This document shows positions 26,752 to 39,676 of a stretch of DNA of 64,000 nucleotides, piece by piece. The notes below the pieces were generated by a model. The model saw only the letters and a program-made list of their open reading frames with translations, ran no database searches and was not told the DNA's origin. Made by a program: the position numbers and the translations under genes. Source of the stretch: Gammaproteobacteria bacterium (GTDB taxonomy: Bacteria; Pseudomonadota; Gammaproteobacteria; Ga0077536); contig VGUA01000004.1 of NCBI GenBank assembly GCA_016874535.1, positions 249 to 64,248 of the forward strand, given 5' to 3'. The stretch's first letter is position 1; every line of letters starts with the position of its first letter.

Positions 26752-27849
26752 ATGGCAAGCCGGGAGCAGAAACGTCCCATGATCAAGGCGCAGGATGCAG
26801 AGAGTCTGCTCAACCAGCTCGCCACTGCCGTGGTGGTGCTGGACGGTGCCTTGAAAGTGCGCGGTGCAAACCTTGCCGCGGAGGCCCTCATCGCGACGAG
26901 CGCGACCCAGCTCAGGGGCATGCCGCTGGAACGACTCTTTCCCTGGCACGAGGGCATACGCGAGGAGGCCGCGAAGATTCTTCAGGATGGCCGGTCCTTC
27001 ACTGAACGCGACATCATGCTGTTGCGCTGGAGCGAAGAGGTCGTCCAGGTGGACTGCATGTTCTCGGCGTGGTGGCAGGGCGGAGGCGCCGCCCCGGCGG
27101 GGGTGGTGCTGGAACTCAGCAGCAACGAACGCCAGCAGCGCATCCAGGCGGAAGAGAACCGGCAGCTGCAGAACCAGATCAGCACCGCCCTGATGCGTGG
27201 TCTCGCCCATGAGGTCAAGAATCCCCTGGGAGGTATTCGCGGCGCCGCGCAGTTGCTGGAGCGTGAACTGCCAGACCCGAGGCAGCGGGAGTACACGCAG
27301 ATCATCATTGGCGAGGTGGACCGCCTGCGCAAACTTGTGGATCGGATGCTCGGGCCGCGGACCCAACTGCAACCCACTTTGTGCAACATCCACGAGATTC
27401 TGGAGCACGTTCGACAGGTCGTCGAAATCGAGGCATCGCCCAAGGTCCACATCAAGCGGGACTATGACCCCAGTCTGCCGCCGCTGCTGGCCGACCGCGA
27501 CTTGTTGGTGCAGGCCTATCTGAATCTGCTGCGCAATGCGGTGCAGGCGTTGAATGGCCAGGGGGGCAACATCACCCTGCGGACCCGCGCCCAGCGCCAG
27601 TACACCATAGGAACGGAGCTGCATCGGCTGGTGATCAAAACCGAGATCATCGATGACGGCCCGGGCATCCCCTCCGAAATTGCCGACAGCGTGTTCTTTC
27701 CGATGGTTTCCGGTCGCGCCGAAGGCTCGGGCCTTGGCCTGCCGATTGCCCAATCCCTGGTGCAGAGGCATGGAGGGCTCATTGAGTTTTCCAGCGTCCC
27801 CGGCAACACGGTTTTCACCGTCTGGTTACCTGTAAGGAATCCGGTATGA
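26752..27849 (+). CDS. ntrB: nitrogen regulation sensor histidine kinase NtrB
   Basis: PAS region, then the H-box GLAHEVKNPLGGIRGAAQLL and the N/G boxes, colinear with E. coli NtrB. The start is uncertain: TTG 26704, GTG 26722 (GGAGGA 10 nt upstream), ATG 26752 or ATG 26779. Confidence 0.88.
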   Translation: MASREQKRPMIKAQDAESLLNQLATAVVVLDGALKVRGANLAAEALIATSATQLRGMPLERLFPWHEGIREEAAKILQDGRSFTERDIMLLRWSEEVVQVDCMFSAWWQGGGAAPAGVVLELSSNERQQRIQAEENRQLQNQISTALMRGLAHEVKNPLGGIRGAAQLLERELPDPRQREYTQIIIGEVDRLRKLVDRMLGPRTQLQPTLCNIHEILEHVRQVVEIEASPKVHIKRDYDPSLPPLLADRDLLVQAYLNLLRNAVQALNGQGGNITLRTRAQRQYTIGTELHRLVIKTEIIDDGPGIPSEIADSVFFPMVSGRAEGSGLGLPIAQSLVQRHGGLIEFSSVPGNTVFTVWLPVRNPV

Positions 27850-29273
27850 CCAAACCCGTTGATGTCTGGATTGTCGACGACGACCACGCGATTCGCTGGG
27901 TCCTCGAGAAGGCGCTATCCCAGGCCGAATTCTCCCCCCGGTGCTTCGATTCCGCCGACCGGGCGCTTGCGCAACTCAAACGTGAGGTCCCGGCAGCCAT
28001 CGTGACCGATATCCGCATGCCGGGCATGGATGGAATGCAGCTGATGGAGGCTGTGCAGACCCTCCACAGTCACGTACCCGTGATTCTCATGACCGCCTTC
28101 GCCGATCTGGACCGGGCGGTGGCCGCTTTTCAGGGCGGGGCTTTCGAGTATCTGCCCAAGCCGTTCGACGTGGATGAAGCCGTCACCATCGTGCGGCGTG
28201 CGGTGAGCATGGCGCGTGAAGCGGCGGCGGGTCACGAGCCCGAACCCTCGGGCGAAATCGGCATGGGATCGGACATCATTGGCTCGGCGCCGGCGATGCA
28301 GGAGGTATTCCGCGCCATTGGCCGCCTGTCCAAGTCGAACATGACCGTGCTGCTCACGGGTGAATCCGGCTCCGGCAAGGAGCTCGTGGCGCGCGCCCTG
28401 CACCGGCACTCGCCTCGCGCCAACAAGCCTTTCATCGCGCTCAACACGGCGGCCATCCCCCGCGAGTTGCTGGAATCCGAATTGTTCGGGCACGAGCGAG
28501 GAGCCTTTACCGGCGCGACCGGCCAGCGGACCGGCCGTTTCGAACAGGCCAACGGCGGAACGCTCTTCCTGGACGAGATAGGCGACATGCCTGCGGAGTT
28601 GCAGACACGGCTGCTGCGCGTGCTCGCCGAAGGTGATTTCTACCGCGTTGGCGGGCATCAGCCGGTGCACGTGAATGTGCGCGTGATTGCCGCCACGCAT
28701 CAGGATCTCGAAAAACGCGTGGAGGCCGGGGTCTTCCGCGAAGATCTCTTTCATCGCCTCAACGTGATACGCCTGCATCTGCCACCCCTGCGCGAGCGCA
28801 AGGAAGATATCCCGGAACTGGCGGGCCACTTTCTGAGAGTGACCGCGCAGGAGGTGGATATCGAACCGAAGCGTCTTTCGCCTGCGGCGCTTGCCGCCTT
28901 CCGTACCTACTCCTGGCCGGGCAATGTGCGCCAGATGGAAAACGTCTGCCGACGCCTCAGCGTGATGGCTCCTGGGCAGCTGATCGAGGAAGCGGATTTG
29001 CCGCGTGAACTGCTTGAAAACGCGCCCGCCGGATCAGCCACTGAGCGCACCGCAGGTGACGACTGGGAACTCGCGCTCCGACGCTGGGCCGAGCAGCACA
29101 TGCATTCCTCGCGGGTGCCGATTCTGGATGAGGCGATGCCCAGATTCGAGCGCACCATGATCCTGTTCGCCCTGGCCCAGACCCAGGGGCGGCGTCATGA
29201 TGCCGCGCGGCTGCTGGGCTGGGGGCGCAATACGCTCACGCGCAAGATCAAGGAGCTGGCGATGGAGGTCTGA
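27846..29273 (+). CDS. ntrC: sigma54-dependent response regulator NtrC
   Basis: Receiver domain (VWIVDDD..TDIRMPGMDG), AAA+ domain (GESGSGKE, GAFTGA), and C-terminal Fis-type HTH. ATGA overlap with ntrB. Confidence 0.95.
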   Translation: MTKPVDVWIVDDDHAIRWVLEKALSQAEFSPRCFDSADRALAQLKREVPAAIVTDIRMPGMDGMQLMEAVQTLHSHVPVILMTAFADLDRAVAAFQGGAFEYLPKPFDVDEAVTIVRRAVSMAREAAAGHEPEPSGEIGMGSDIIGSAPAMQEVFRAIGRLSKSNMTVLLTGESGSGKELVARALHRHSPRANKPFIALNTAAIPRELLESELFGHERGAFTGATGQRTGRFEQANGGTLFLDEIGDMPAELQTRLLRVLAEGDFYRVGGHQPVHVNVRVIAATHQDLEKRVEAGVFREDLFHRLNVIRLHLPPLRERKEDIPELAGHFLRVTAQEVDIEPKRLSPAALAAFRTYSWPGNVRQMENVCRRLSVMAPGQLIEEADLPRELLENAPAGSATERTAGDDWELALRRWAEQHMHSSRVPILDEAMPRFERTMILFALAQTQGRRHDAARLLGWGRNTLTRKIKELAMEV

Positions 29274-29284
29274 ACCGACAGACC

Positions 29285-31066
<1,782 letters not shown>

Positions 31067-31070
<4 letters not shown>

Positions 31071-31618
31071 GGGGCTTCCTCGTGACAGAGCGCATGAATG
31101 GCGGCGGCCAGATCGGCGAACACCGTAACCGTCGATTCGGCGGGCAGGGCGGCGGCGGTGGCGGCACCGTGTCCGGTCTGGACCAGCAGGGCACGTACGC
31201 CGGCGGCATTGGCTGCGGCAAGGTCGCTGGCACGGTCACCAATCATCACGGCATGGGTGAGCTCGAGCCCACTGCGCGCTGCGGCTGCCTGCAGCAGCCC
31301 GGGCTGTGGCTTGCGGCACTCACAACCCTGGCGGGGACCGTGCGGACAGAAGAAGAAGCCATCCACCACGGCACCGTGATGCATGGCCTCCTGCAGAAGT
31401 TTGCGATGGATGCGATGCAGGTCCTCGATCGAGAACAGCCCGCGCGCCAGCCCCGACTGGTTGGAAACGATGCAGATCCTGAAGCCCGCCTGGGTTGCAG
31501 CGCCAAGCGCCCGCAGACTTCCCGGCACCGGCAACCATTCATCGGGGTGCTTGATGAAGGCCGGCGAGTCTTCGTTGATGACTCCATCCCGGTCAAGGAT
31601 CAGCAAGCGTTGCCCCAT
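31067..31618 (-). CDS. gmhB: D-glycero-beta-D-manno-heptose 1,7-bisphosphate 7-phosphatase (HAD)
   Basis: LILDRDGVIN, FFFCPHGPRQGCECRKPQPGLL (Zn-binding Cys cluster) and MIGDRASDL. Confidence 0.85.
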
Positions 31619-31634
31619 GGGAGGGTGGCTGGGG

Positions 31635-33709
31635 TCAGCCGCTGATCAGCGCCACGTCGGCCACCCGGAGGAACATCCCGTGAATGCGTTTCAGCAAGGC
31701 CAGCCGCGCCAGGCGCAGGCCGGGCTCCTCTGCCATGACCAGCACGGCATCGAAGAAACGGTTGACGGGATCGTGCAGGCCGGCCAGTGCGGTGAGCCAT
31801 GCCGTGTAGTCGCCGCGCGCGAGCAGGTCGGTTCCAGCCGCGCTGATATCGGTGACGGCGGCCGCCAGCGCGAGCTCCTCACCCTCGCACAGGGCCGAGA
31901 AATCCGCGCCCTCCAGAGGCATGTCATTCTTGCGCAGGATGTTCGCGATGCGCTTGTTAGCCGCAGCCAGCGCCGTCGCCTGAGGCAATGCGGTAAATTC
32001 CGCCACAGCCGCGATCCGCCGCGCGAGATCACGCGGGGCTGTCGGGCGGGTACTCAATACGGATTCGATGACATCCTGCCGGTAGCCGCGCTCCAGGAAA
32101 TAGCCACGGGCACGTTCGAGCGCGAACTCGAACACCGGCGTGACCTGAGCTACCGCATCACCTCCCACGGTCGCCGCGGCAACAGACAGGGCCTGCTGCA
32201 GATCGAGTGACGCATCACCTTCGATGCACAGCCTGAGCACGCCGAGTGCGGCCCTCCTGAGCGCATAAGGGTCGCGGTCGCCGGTGGGTGCGCCGCCGAC
32301 ACTGAAAATTCCGACCAGCGTATCCAGCCGATCGGCACAGGCCACCGCCCGGCCGAGTGGCGAGGCCGGGATGGCATCGCCGGCGAAACGCGGCTGATAA
32401 AACTGGCCGATGGCTTCGGCCACCCCGGCCGGCTCGCCGTCATGGAGCGCGTAGTAGCGGCCCATGGTGCCCTGCAGTTCGGGGAATTCACCCACCATTT
32501 CGGTGACCAGATCGCAGCGCGAGAGTTGCGCGACGCGCGCCGCCTCCGCAGGGTCGGCGCCAAAGGCCGGCGCCATGTCCATGGCGAGATGCATCACGCG
32601 GTCTGACTTGTCCTTCAGCGAACCCAGCCGTCGTTCGAACACGATCGACGCGAGCTGAGCGCAGCGTGCTGCCAGCGGTGTCTTGCGATCTTTGTCGTAG
32701 AAGAACGACGCGTCGCTGAGGCGGGGACGGATGACTCGCTCGTTACCGTCCCGAATCATGTCCGGCACCGGGCTCTCGATGTTGGCAATCGTGATGAAGC
32801 GGTTCTGCAGCGCGCCCTCGGTCGATTGCAGCGGGAAGTACTTCTGATTGCCCTGCATGGTGGCGATGAGAGCTTCGCGTGGCACGGTGAGGAAATGGGG
32901 CTCGAAGGTGCCGACCACCGGTACCGGCCATTCCACCAATGCCGTGACTTCGTCCAGCAGCTCTTCATTCAGGATGGCCTGGCAGCCCTGTGCCTGCGCT
33001 GCCTCCCGCACGAGGGTCGCCACGCGGTCCCTCCGCCGTGCGAAGTCCGCGACCACCCGGCCTTCCTGCTCTAGGCGCGGGGCATAGTCGGCCGCGCGCT
33101 CAAGCGCGAGCCGTCCCTCGCCCATGAAGCGATGCCCGCGGGTCTCCCGACCGCTCTGGATTCCAAGAATCTCCGCATCGACCACCTCATGCCCCAGCAA
33201 CATCACGACCCAGTGCACTGGGCGCACGAATTCCTCGGTTCCTGCACCCCAGCGCATGCGCTTCGGGATGGGCAAGGCAGCCAGGGCGGCCTCTACCAGG
33301 CCGGGCAGCAGCTCGCGGGTGGGCCGGCCCACCTGAATGGCTCGATAGACCAGCCATTCACCCTTGTCGGTTGCCATGCGCTCCAGTGCGCTGAACTCCA
33401 CATTGCAGGAGCGCGCAAAACCGAGCGCGGCCGGTGTTGGCTGGCCATCCTTGCCGAACGCGGCGGAAAGAGCGGGACCCTTGCGTTCCAACCCCTGGCT
33501 GGGTTGATTCAGCATCAGCCCGTGTACCAGTGTGGCGAGCCGGCGCGGAGAAGCGAAACCCTCGACTTCCCCGGCCGTCAGTCCCGCCTGTGCCAAGCGC
33601 TGGGAAATCTCCGCGGTGAAGCGTTGTGAAAGGGTCTTCAGTGCCTTCGGCGGAAGTTCTTCGGTGCCGATTTCGACGAGAAAATCGGCGCGCTGCGAAT
33701 CATGGGCGT

Positions 33710-33713
<4 letters not shown>
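31635..33713 (-). CDS. glyS: glycine--tRNA ligase beta subunit
   Basis: 692 aa. [17 protein letters not shown]-terminus, typical GlyS. It overlaps glyQ by 4 nt. Confidence 0.95.
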
Positions 33714-34654
<941 letters not shown>

Positions 34655-34731
34655 GGACCTGCGCTGTGAGTCACTGGAGAGGCCCGCAAGTATAGCGGCA
34701 GGGGGCCGAGCCTGTCCTGCCGCAGCCGGCC

Positions 34732-35847
34732 TCAGTCCTTCTTCTTCAGCAGGTCATCCAGCTTCTTCTCGAGCAGGCGCGTCTTGTAGTCGGGCAAGCG
34801 ATAAGCCCAGCCTTGCACGCGGGCATTCAGTGCCTCCACTTCCTCTGCCACTTCTTCCGGCTTCTTGAGCCCGGCGGGTGCCGGACCTTCATTCATTTCC
34901 TTCGGCTTGGGCGCATCCGAGGGAGGAGGCACCGGGGCCACCACGCGGTCGGGCGTGTGCGCGAATTCCAGGGTGAGAAAACCCTCGCCCTTGTTTTCGA
35001 AACGCCGCACTGTGGCGCTGAGCCCATCGAAAGTTTCCACCACGGCCGTCGCGGTGGGCTGCTGATCCGCGAAGCGGGCCGCAGGCAGGACACCCTCCAG
35101 CCTTGCATCGAGCAAAAGGCCCCCCATGCTCGACACGGTGGCGCGCGCGCGGACCTCGAAACCCGCTGGCACCTCCGCCAGCGAGAAGAGTTGTACCTCG
35201 GGGCTCGATTTGTTGACCACGATGGTCTTCTCGCCAGTCGGCGTGATGTTGACCTGGCGCACTCGATCCACAGGCAAATCCACCACGCTCGTTTCGATCC
35301 ATTCCGTAGGCTGGCCGCCGGGCGCAAGCTCCCCCTCCACCAGCCAGGCATTCGGCTCGCCTGCCCGCCGGACATAGTGCCCGGGCGGATTCATGGCTCT
35401 GGCGGGCCGGCTCTTGCCGACGAGCAGATCGACCAACGGCTCGCCCTTGTCGTCCAGCACCTTGACGGCACGTGAAGCCGCATCCCGTGAGGTCCTGTCC
35501 TCCACCTCCAGTTGCGGAAAATTCTCGGCCTTGGCCGTCTTGCGCTCGACGATGCGCAGCTCGCCGAGCTGGAACAGGAGTTGGCGCACCCGTTCCGGTT
35601 TGGCGGGGTAACCACCGAACTCCTCGACCTTCCACTGCCCACCCTCATGCACGATGGTCACGCTTCCGTCGCGTGACTCCACCACGATTTTCGACGTGTC
35701 ATTCAGGCGATCCATCAGGCCCGGCAGCAGCAGCGAGCTCGCGACTTCCATGGTGGGGCTCTTCTGCTGCGAGACATACCAGGCCACTCCTCCCACTAGG
35801 AGGGCCACGACCAGCATCATGGGTAGGCGCTTGTGCATGGCGTTCAC
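34732..35847 (-). CDS. DUF4340-like membrane-anchored protein (4th gene of GldAFG-like ABC module)
   Basis: N-terminal [20 protein letters not shown], then a soluble domain. It sits directly after, and overlaps by 4 nt, the GldG-like gene, which is the usual context of DUF4340. The family call is from memory of this context, not from motifs. Confidence 0.55.
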   Translation of the reverse strand: MNAMHKRLPMMLVVALLVGGVAWYVSQQKSPTMEVASSLLLPGLMDRLNDTSKIVVESRDGSVTIVHEGGQWKVEEFGGYPAKPERVRQLLFQLGELRIVERKTAKAENFPQLEVEDRTSRDAASRAVKVLDDKGEPLVDLLVGKSRPARAMNPPGHYVRRAGEPNAWLVEGELAPGGQPTEWIETSVVDLPVDRVRQVNITPTGEKTIVVNKSSPEVQLFSLAEVPAGFEVRARATVSSMGGLLLDARLEGVLPAARFADQQPTATAVVETFDGLSATVRRFENKGEGFLTLEFAHTPDRVVAPVPPPSDAPKPKEMNEGPAPAGLKKPEEVAEEVEALNARVQGWAYRLPDYKTRLLEKKLDDLLKKKD

Positions 35848-37727
35848 TCCCCTCCGGCGCGGCGCGTACGCACGATGGCGGCACCGATGACGAACAGGGA
35901 CAGCAGCAAGGGAATAGCCCCGATGTTCAGAAACTTTAGCCGAGTCCCCAACTGCTCGATGTTCTTCTGCAAGTCATGCTGCACGGCCCTGAGCTGCTTG
36001 CGCGTCTTGATCTGCTCCGCCCTGAAGAGTTCGATTTCCTTGCGCTGCTCCGGGCTCAGGATCGTTTCCGCGTTGCCTTCGGTGCGGGTCTGTAGCTCCT
36101 GCAATTTGGTCTCGGTCTCCTTGAGCTTGGCCTGCAGTGCCTGTTCCTCATCGCGGTAGGCGGCCTCCGCCTCGCGCTTGATCTGCTCGACCACCTGGAA
36201 GGGCCGCGCATAGTCCCCGCGACTGCGCAAGCTGATGAGGTCGTCATTGCCACCGAGGTTGTCGATCGCGTTGATCAGGAAGTCCGCATTGTTGGCGAAG
36301 GGATTGGGCACCTGCATGTCCAGGAAGCGCTGCATGCGCACCCAGAATCTGTCGGCGAGCAGATCGGTATCCGCCACCACGATGAGATTGACCGTCCCCC
36401 TGGATTTGGCGAGGTGATCCGGATTTCCGGGGCCGCGCTTGTCCTGCTCGTCCAGCGGGGCGCCGTCCGGAAAGGCCGTCTCCACCTCACCCGTGATGCG
36501 GGCCGCGATGACGCTGTCAGGCTTGTCGGCCTTGAAGTTCTGGAGCAGGCCGGCTGGATCTCGCACGAACATGATGGCTTCGCGGGTAATCGCACCCGAC
36601 TGGGGGCCGGTCTTCAGCAGCGGCGTGAACTGCGTCGACGAATCCTTGATTGCCTCGAGTATGCCGGCCGAGCCCACATTGACCGATTTCAGCTCATTGG
36701 TGACGAAGTCATCGCGGTTGAGTCGGTCTCCCATGAGTTGCAGCCACGGTAGATAGTTCACTTCCCGCGGGCCGCGACCGCTGTTGACGGAAACCCGCAC
36801 GGCGGCTTCGAGATCCCCCACCACCTCGTCCGGTGCCATGGCGAGACCCCATTTGGCGAAGAGCTCAGGCAGGCCGGAATCGATGCGCGGCATCACCATG
36901 GGATTGTTGGGGTCCTGCACGGGCCTGTCCTCTTCCGCCATGGGATCGACGAACACCATCGCCTTGCCGCCGCCGAGCACGAACTGGTCGATGGCGTAGA
37001 GTGTCTTGCGCGGCAGATCCTTGGGGTGGATGACCAGCAGGGTATCGATGTCCTTGTCGATGGTGGCGATCTCGCGCTCCAGCACCTTGACCTCGAAGAA
37101 TTCCTGCATGAATTCAAGGCTGGTCCAGGCGCGTGCCGGCTGGCCGGTCTGGGGATCCGGTGCGCCACCCATGACCGGCAGGTCCGAGATGAGGCCGATC
37201 ACCCGCTTGGTCGGATTCGCCAGGTTGTAGATGAGTTTGGTGATTTCGTACTCCACCGCGTCTGCACGCTCCGGGCTCAGAAGCGGGATCGCGAGCTCTT
37301 CGTCGGTGGCATTGGTGCCGACCAGACCCAGATAGCCCATGTCCCCCGAAGCGCTGATCGGCAGCTGCTGGATGCCATAACCGACGGCCTGATCTTCCGC
37401 CTCGGAGAACGGCTCGGGCTCGATCACCAGCAATTCGAGTCGGCCATCACTCGCCGCCACGTATTCCTCGAGCAAATCGCGCACGCGCTTGCCGTGGGTC
37501 AGGAATTGCGGGATGTCCGCGAACTGCCGGGCGGAAAAATAAAGCCGCAAGGTCACTTTCTCATCGATGCGCCGGACGATGTTCCGGCTGCCCTCGGAGA
37601 GGGTGAACAGTTTATTGCTGGTGAGATCCAGGCGGCGCGAAGTGAGTGTCTCGTTGGCGATGATGTTGATGCCGACGAAAAGCGCCAGTGCCACCAGGAA
37701 GCTGTACAGGATCTGGGTGCGATTCAT
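35844..37727 (-). CDS. GldG-like ABC-transporter accessory protein (ABC-type uncharacterized transport system)
   Basis: From the internal ATG 37727: N-terminal TM ILYSFLVALALFVGINIIA, a large extracytoplasmic domain, a C-terminal coiled coil (EQALQAKLKETETKLQELQ..), and a terminal TM IGAIPLLLSLFVIGAAIV. Confidence 0.65.
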   Translation of the reverse strand: MNRTQILYSFLVALALFVGINIIANETLTSRRLDLTSNKLFTLSEGSRNIVRRIDEKVTLRLYFSARQFADIPQFLTHGKRVRDLLEEYVAASDGRLELLVIEPEPFSEAEDQAVGYGIQQLPISASGDMGYLGLVGTNATDEELAIPLLSPERADAVEYEITKLIYNLANPTKRVIGLISDLPVMGGAPDPQTGQPARAWTSLEFMQEFFEVKVLEREIATIDKDIDTLLVIHPKDLPRKTLYAIDQFVLGGGKAMVFVDPMAEEDRPVQDPNNPMVMPRIDSGLPELFAKWGLAMAPDEVVGDLEAAVRVSVNSGRGPREVNYLPWLQLMGDRLNRDDFVTNELKSVNVGSAGILEAIKDSSTQFTPLLKTGPQSGAITREAIMFVRDPAGLLQNFKADKPDSVIAARITGEVETAFPDGAPLDEQDKRGPGNPDHLAKSRGTVNLIVVADTDLLADRFWVRMQRFLDMQVPNPFANNADFLINAIDNLGGNDDLISLRSRGDYARPFQVVEQIKREAEAAYRDEEQALQAKLKETETKLQELQTRTEGNAETILSPEQRKEIELFRAEQIKTRKQLRAVQHDLQKNIEQLGTRLKFLNIGAIPLLLSLFVIGAAIVRTRRAGGE

Positions 37728-37729
37728 GG

Positions 37730-38464
37730 TCAACTGCTCTTTCTGGCGTCTATGGCCAGCATGTTGGCGTAAAGAAAGAAGCCGATCAGGGAAGTGAAGA
37801 ACACGATGTCCCGCAGATCGATCACCCCTTTCTGGATCGAGGTTGCGTGGGTGAGGAAGCTGAAGGAGCTGATCGTGTCCACAATCACGGCTGGCGCCCA
37901 GGCCCGGAAGAAATCGAGCACGATGGGAAACCCGCTCAGGTTGAAGGCAAAGCAGATCACGAAGCTGATGACAAAGGCGATGACCTGATTGCGGGTCAGT
38001 GCCGAGACGCACGAACCAATGGCGAGAAAGCCTCCGGCCATCAGCAGGCTGCCGAGATAACCGGCCGCGATCACGGTGTTGTCAGGATCCCCCAGATAAT
38101 TGACCGTCAGCCACAGCGGAAAGGTCAGTGCGAGTGCCAGTGCCGTGAAGAGCCACGCGGCGAGGAACTTTCCGAGCACGGCATCGGCCAGTGAGACCGG
38201 CAGGGTCATCAGCAACTCGATCGTCCCGCTCTTGCGTTCCTCCGACCAGAGTCGCATCGAGATCGCCGGGATGAGCAGCATGTAGAGCCAGGGCAGGTAG
38301 CGGAAGAAGGGCTCCAGATCCGCCTGGTTGCGCTCATAGAAATTGCCGACATAGAAGGTGAAGATGCCGGCCAGGAACAGGAAGATCACGATGAACACAT
38401 AAGCGACCGGCGTGGCGAAGTAACCGCGGAACTCGCGGCGCATGAGGGTTCCGATGCGATTCAT
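37730..38464 (-). CDS. ABC-2 type transporter permease (GldF-like)
   Basis: From ATG 38464: REFRGYFATPVAYVFIVIFLFLAG, SEERKSGTIELLMTLPV, six predicted TM segments. ATGA overlap with the ATPase gene. Confidence 0.8.
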   Translation of the reverse strand: MNRIGTLMRREFRGYFATPVAYVFIVIFLFLAGIFTFYVGNFYERNQADLEPFFRYLPWLYMLLIPAISMRLWSEERKSGTIELLMTLPVSLADAVLGKFLAAWLFTALALALTFPLWLTVNYLGDPDNTVIAAGYLGSLLMAGGFLAIGSCVSALTRNQVIAFVISFVICFAFNLSGFPIVLDFFRAWAPAVIVDTISSFSFLTHATSIQKGVIDLRDIVFFTSLIGFFLYANMLAIDARKSS

Positions 38465-39432
38465 GAGCGATGGCCTCCGGCGCTGGCGGCCGTGCTGGTG
38501 GTGATGGAGCGAAACACTTCGTCGAGCCGGCCTCCTTCGACGAACATTTCCCGCACCGGCCAACCCGCGTCATCCGCAGCTTGGCGAATCCGCGGGAACA
38601 ACGTCTCCCCGGACTTCGGGAGCACGGTCAGGCGGAGATGGTCGTCGCTGCCGACGCCCTGCTCGAGGCCCGCCACGCCGGGCATGGCGCGCAGGGACTT
38701 TTCGACGGCATCGACCATCGCGGCCGGAACGGACAGCGTGACCGCGTTATGGAAGGCCGAGCGCGCGGCGAGTTCCGGCGGGGTGCCGCTGAACAGCAGC
38801 TTGCCTTTCGCGATGATCACGGCACGTGTGCACACGGCATCGACCTCCTCCAGGATGTGGGTGGAGATGATGATGGCTTTGTGCGGGGACATTTCGCGGA
38901 TCAGCTGCCGCACCTCATGCTTCTGGTTGGGGTCGAGGCCATCGGTGGGCTCATCCATGATTAGGATTTCGGGGTCGTGGAGGATGGCCTGCGCGAGACC
39001 CACCCGGCGCTTGAAGCCCTTGGACAGCGTCTCGATGGTCTGGTGGAGCACGCCTTCGAGGTGAATCTTGGCCACGACCTCACGGATGCGAGCCTGTTTG
39101 CTGGCCGGCGCGAGGCCGCGGATGTCGCCGATGAAGTCGAGGAAGGTCGCAGGCGTCATTTCGCCGTAGGCGGGCGCGCCTTCCGGCAGGTAGCCGATAC
39201 GCGACTTGGCTGCGATGGGATTGGCGCCGAGTTCCTGCCCGGAAATCCGCACACTGCCCGAATCCGGGGCCAGGAATCCCGTGATCATCTTCATGGTGGT
39301 GGATTTGCCGGCACCGTTGGGGCCTAGAAAGCCCAGAACCTCGCCTCTCGCGACTTTCATCGAAACGCCGTCCACCGCGACCAGGCTGCCGAACCGCTTG
39401 TGCAGATCGGAAACCTCGATCAGGTTTTCCAT
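38461..39432 (-). CDS. ABC transporter ATP-binding protein (GldA-like)
   Basis: GAGAGGGAGAAAAGAT precedes ATG 39432. Walker A GPNGAGKSTT, signature LSKGFKRRVGLAQA, and Walker B LIMDEPTDGLD. Confidence 0.9.
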   Translation of the reverse strand: MENLIEVSDLHKRFGSLVAVDGVSMKVARGEVLGFLGPNGAGKSTTMKMITGFLAPDSGSVRISGQELGANPIAAKSRIGYLPEGAPAYGEMTPATFLDFIGDIRGLAPASKQARIREVVAKIHLEGVLHQTIETLSKGFKRRVGLAQAILHDPEILIMDEPTDGLDPNQKHEVRQLIREMSPHKAIIISTHILEEVDAVCTRAVIIAKGKLLFSGTPPELAARSAFHNAVTLSVPAAMVDAVEKSLRAMPGVAGLEQGVGSDDHLRLTVLPKSGETLFPRIRQAADDAGWPVREMFVEGGRLDEVFRSITTSTAASAGGHRS

Positions 39433-39676
39433 ATCTTTTCTCCCTCTCATTTCACCCGGGATCCCGAGGCCGCGGGCAATCTTTCACAGCGTCCGGGACC
39501 CGTCAACCACGCGCAAAGACCACAGGTGTGGCCGAAAGTTTCGGGTTTCAAGGGCGCTGAAACGCATATGAAGGAGGCGGACGTGACTGCCTGGCGCAGC
39601 CTGCCGCCGATGTTGGAGGGGGGCGGGGTGGCAGTTATCCTTGCACCCCCAAAGAGACGCAACCGGACTGGACGTC

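Noticed and set aside
39433-39676. Possible oriC upstream of mnmG, given the origin-proximal synteny mnmG-rsmG-parAB-atp.
   Set aside because: The spacer is only about 245 bp and is GC-rich, with no AT-rich unwinding element. It has only one weak DnaA-box-like 9-mer (TTATCCTTG, 39635-39643). Better 8/9 matches (for example TTATCCACG near 55766 and CTATCCACA near 20003) are isolated inside genes.
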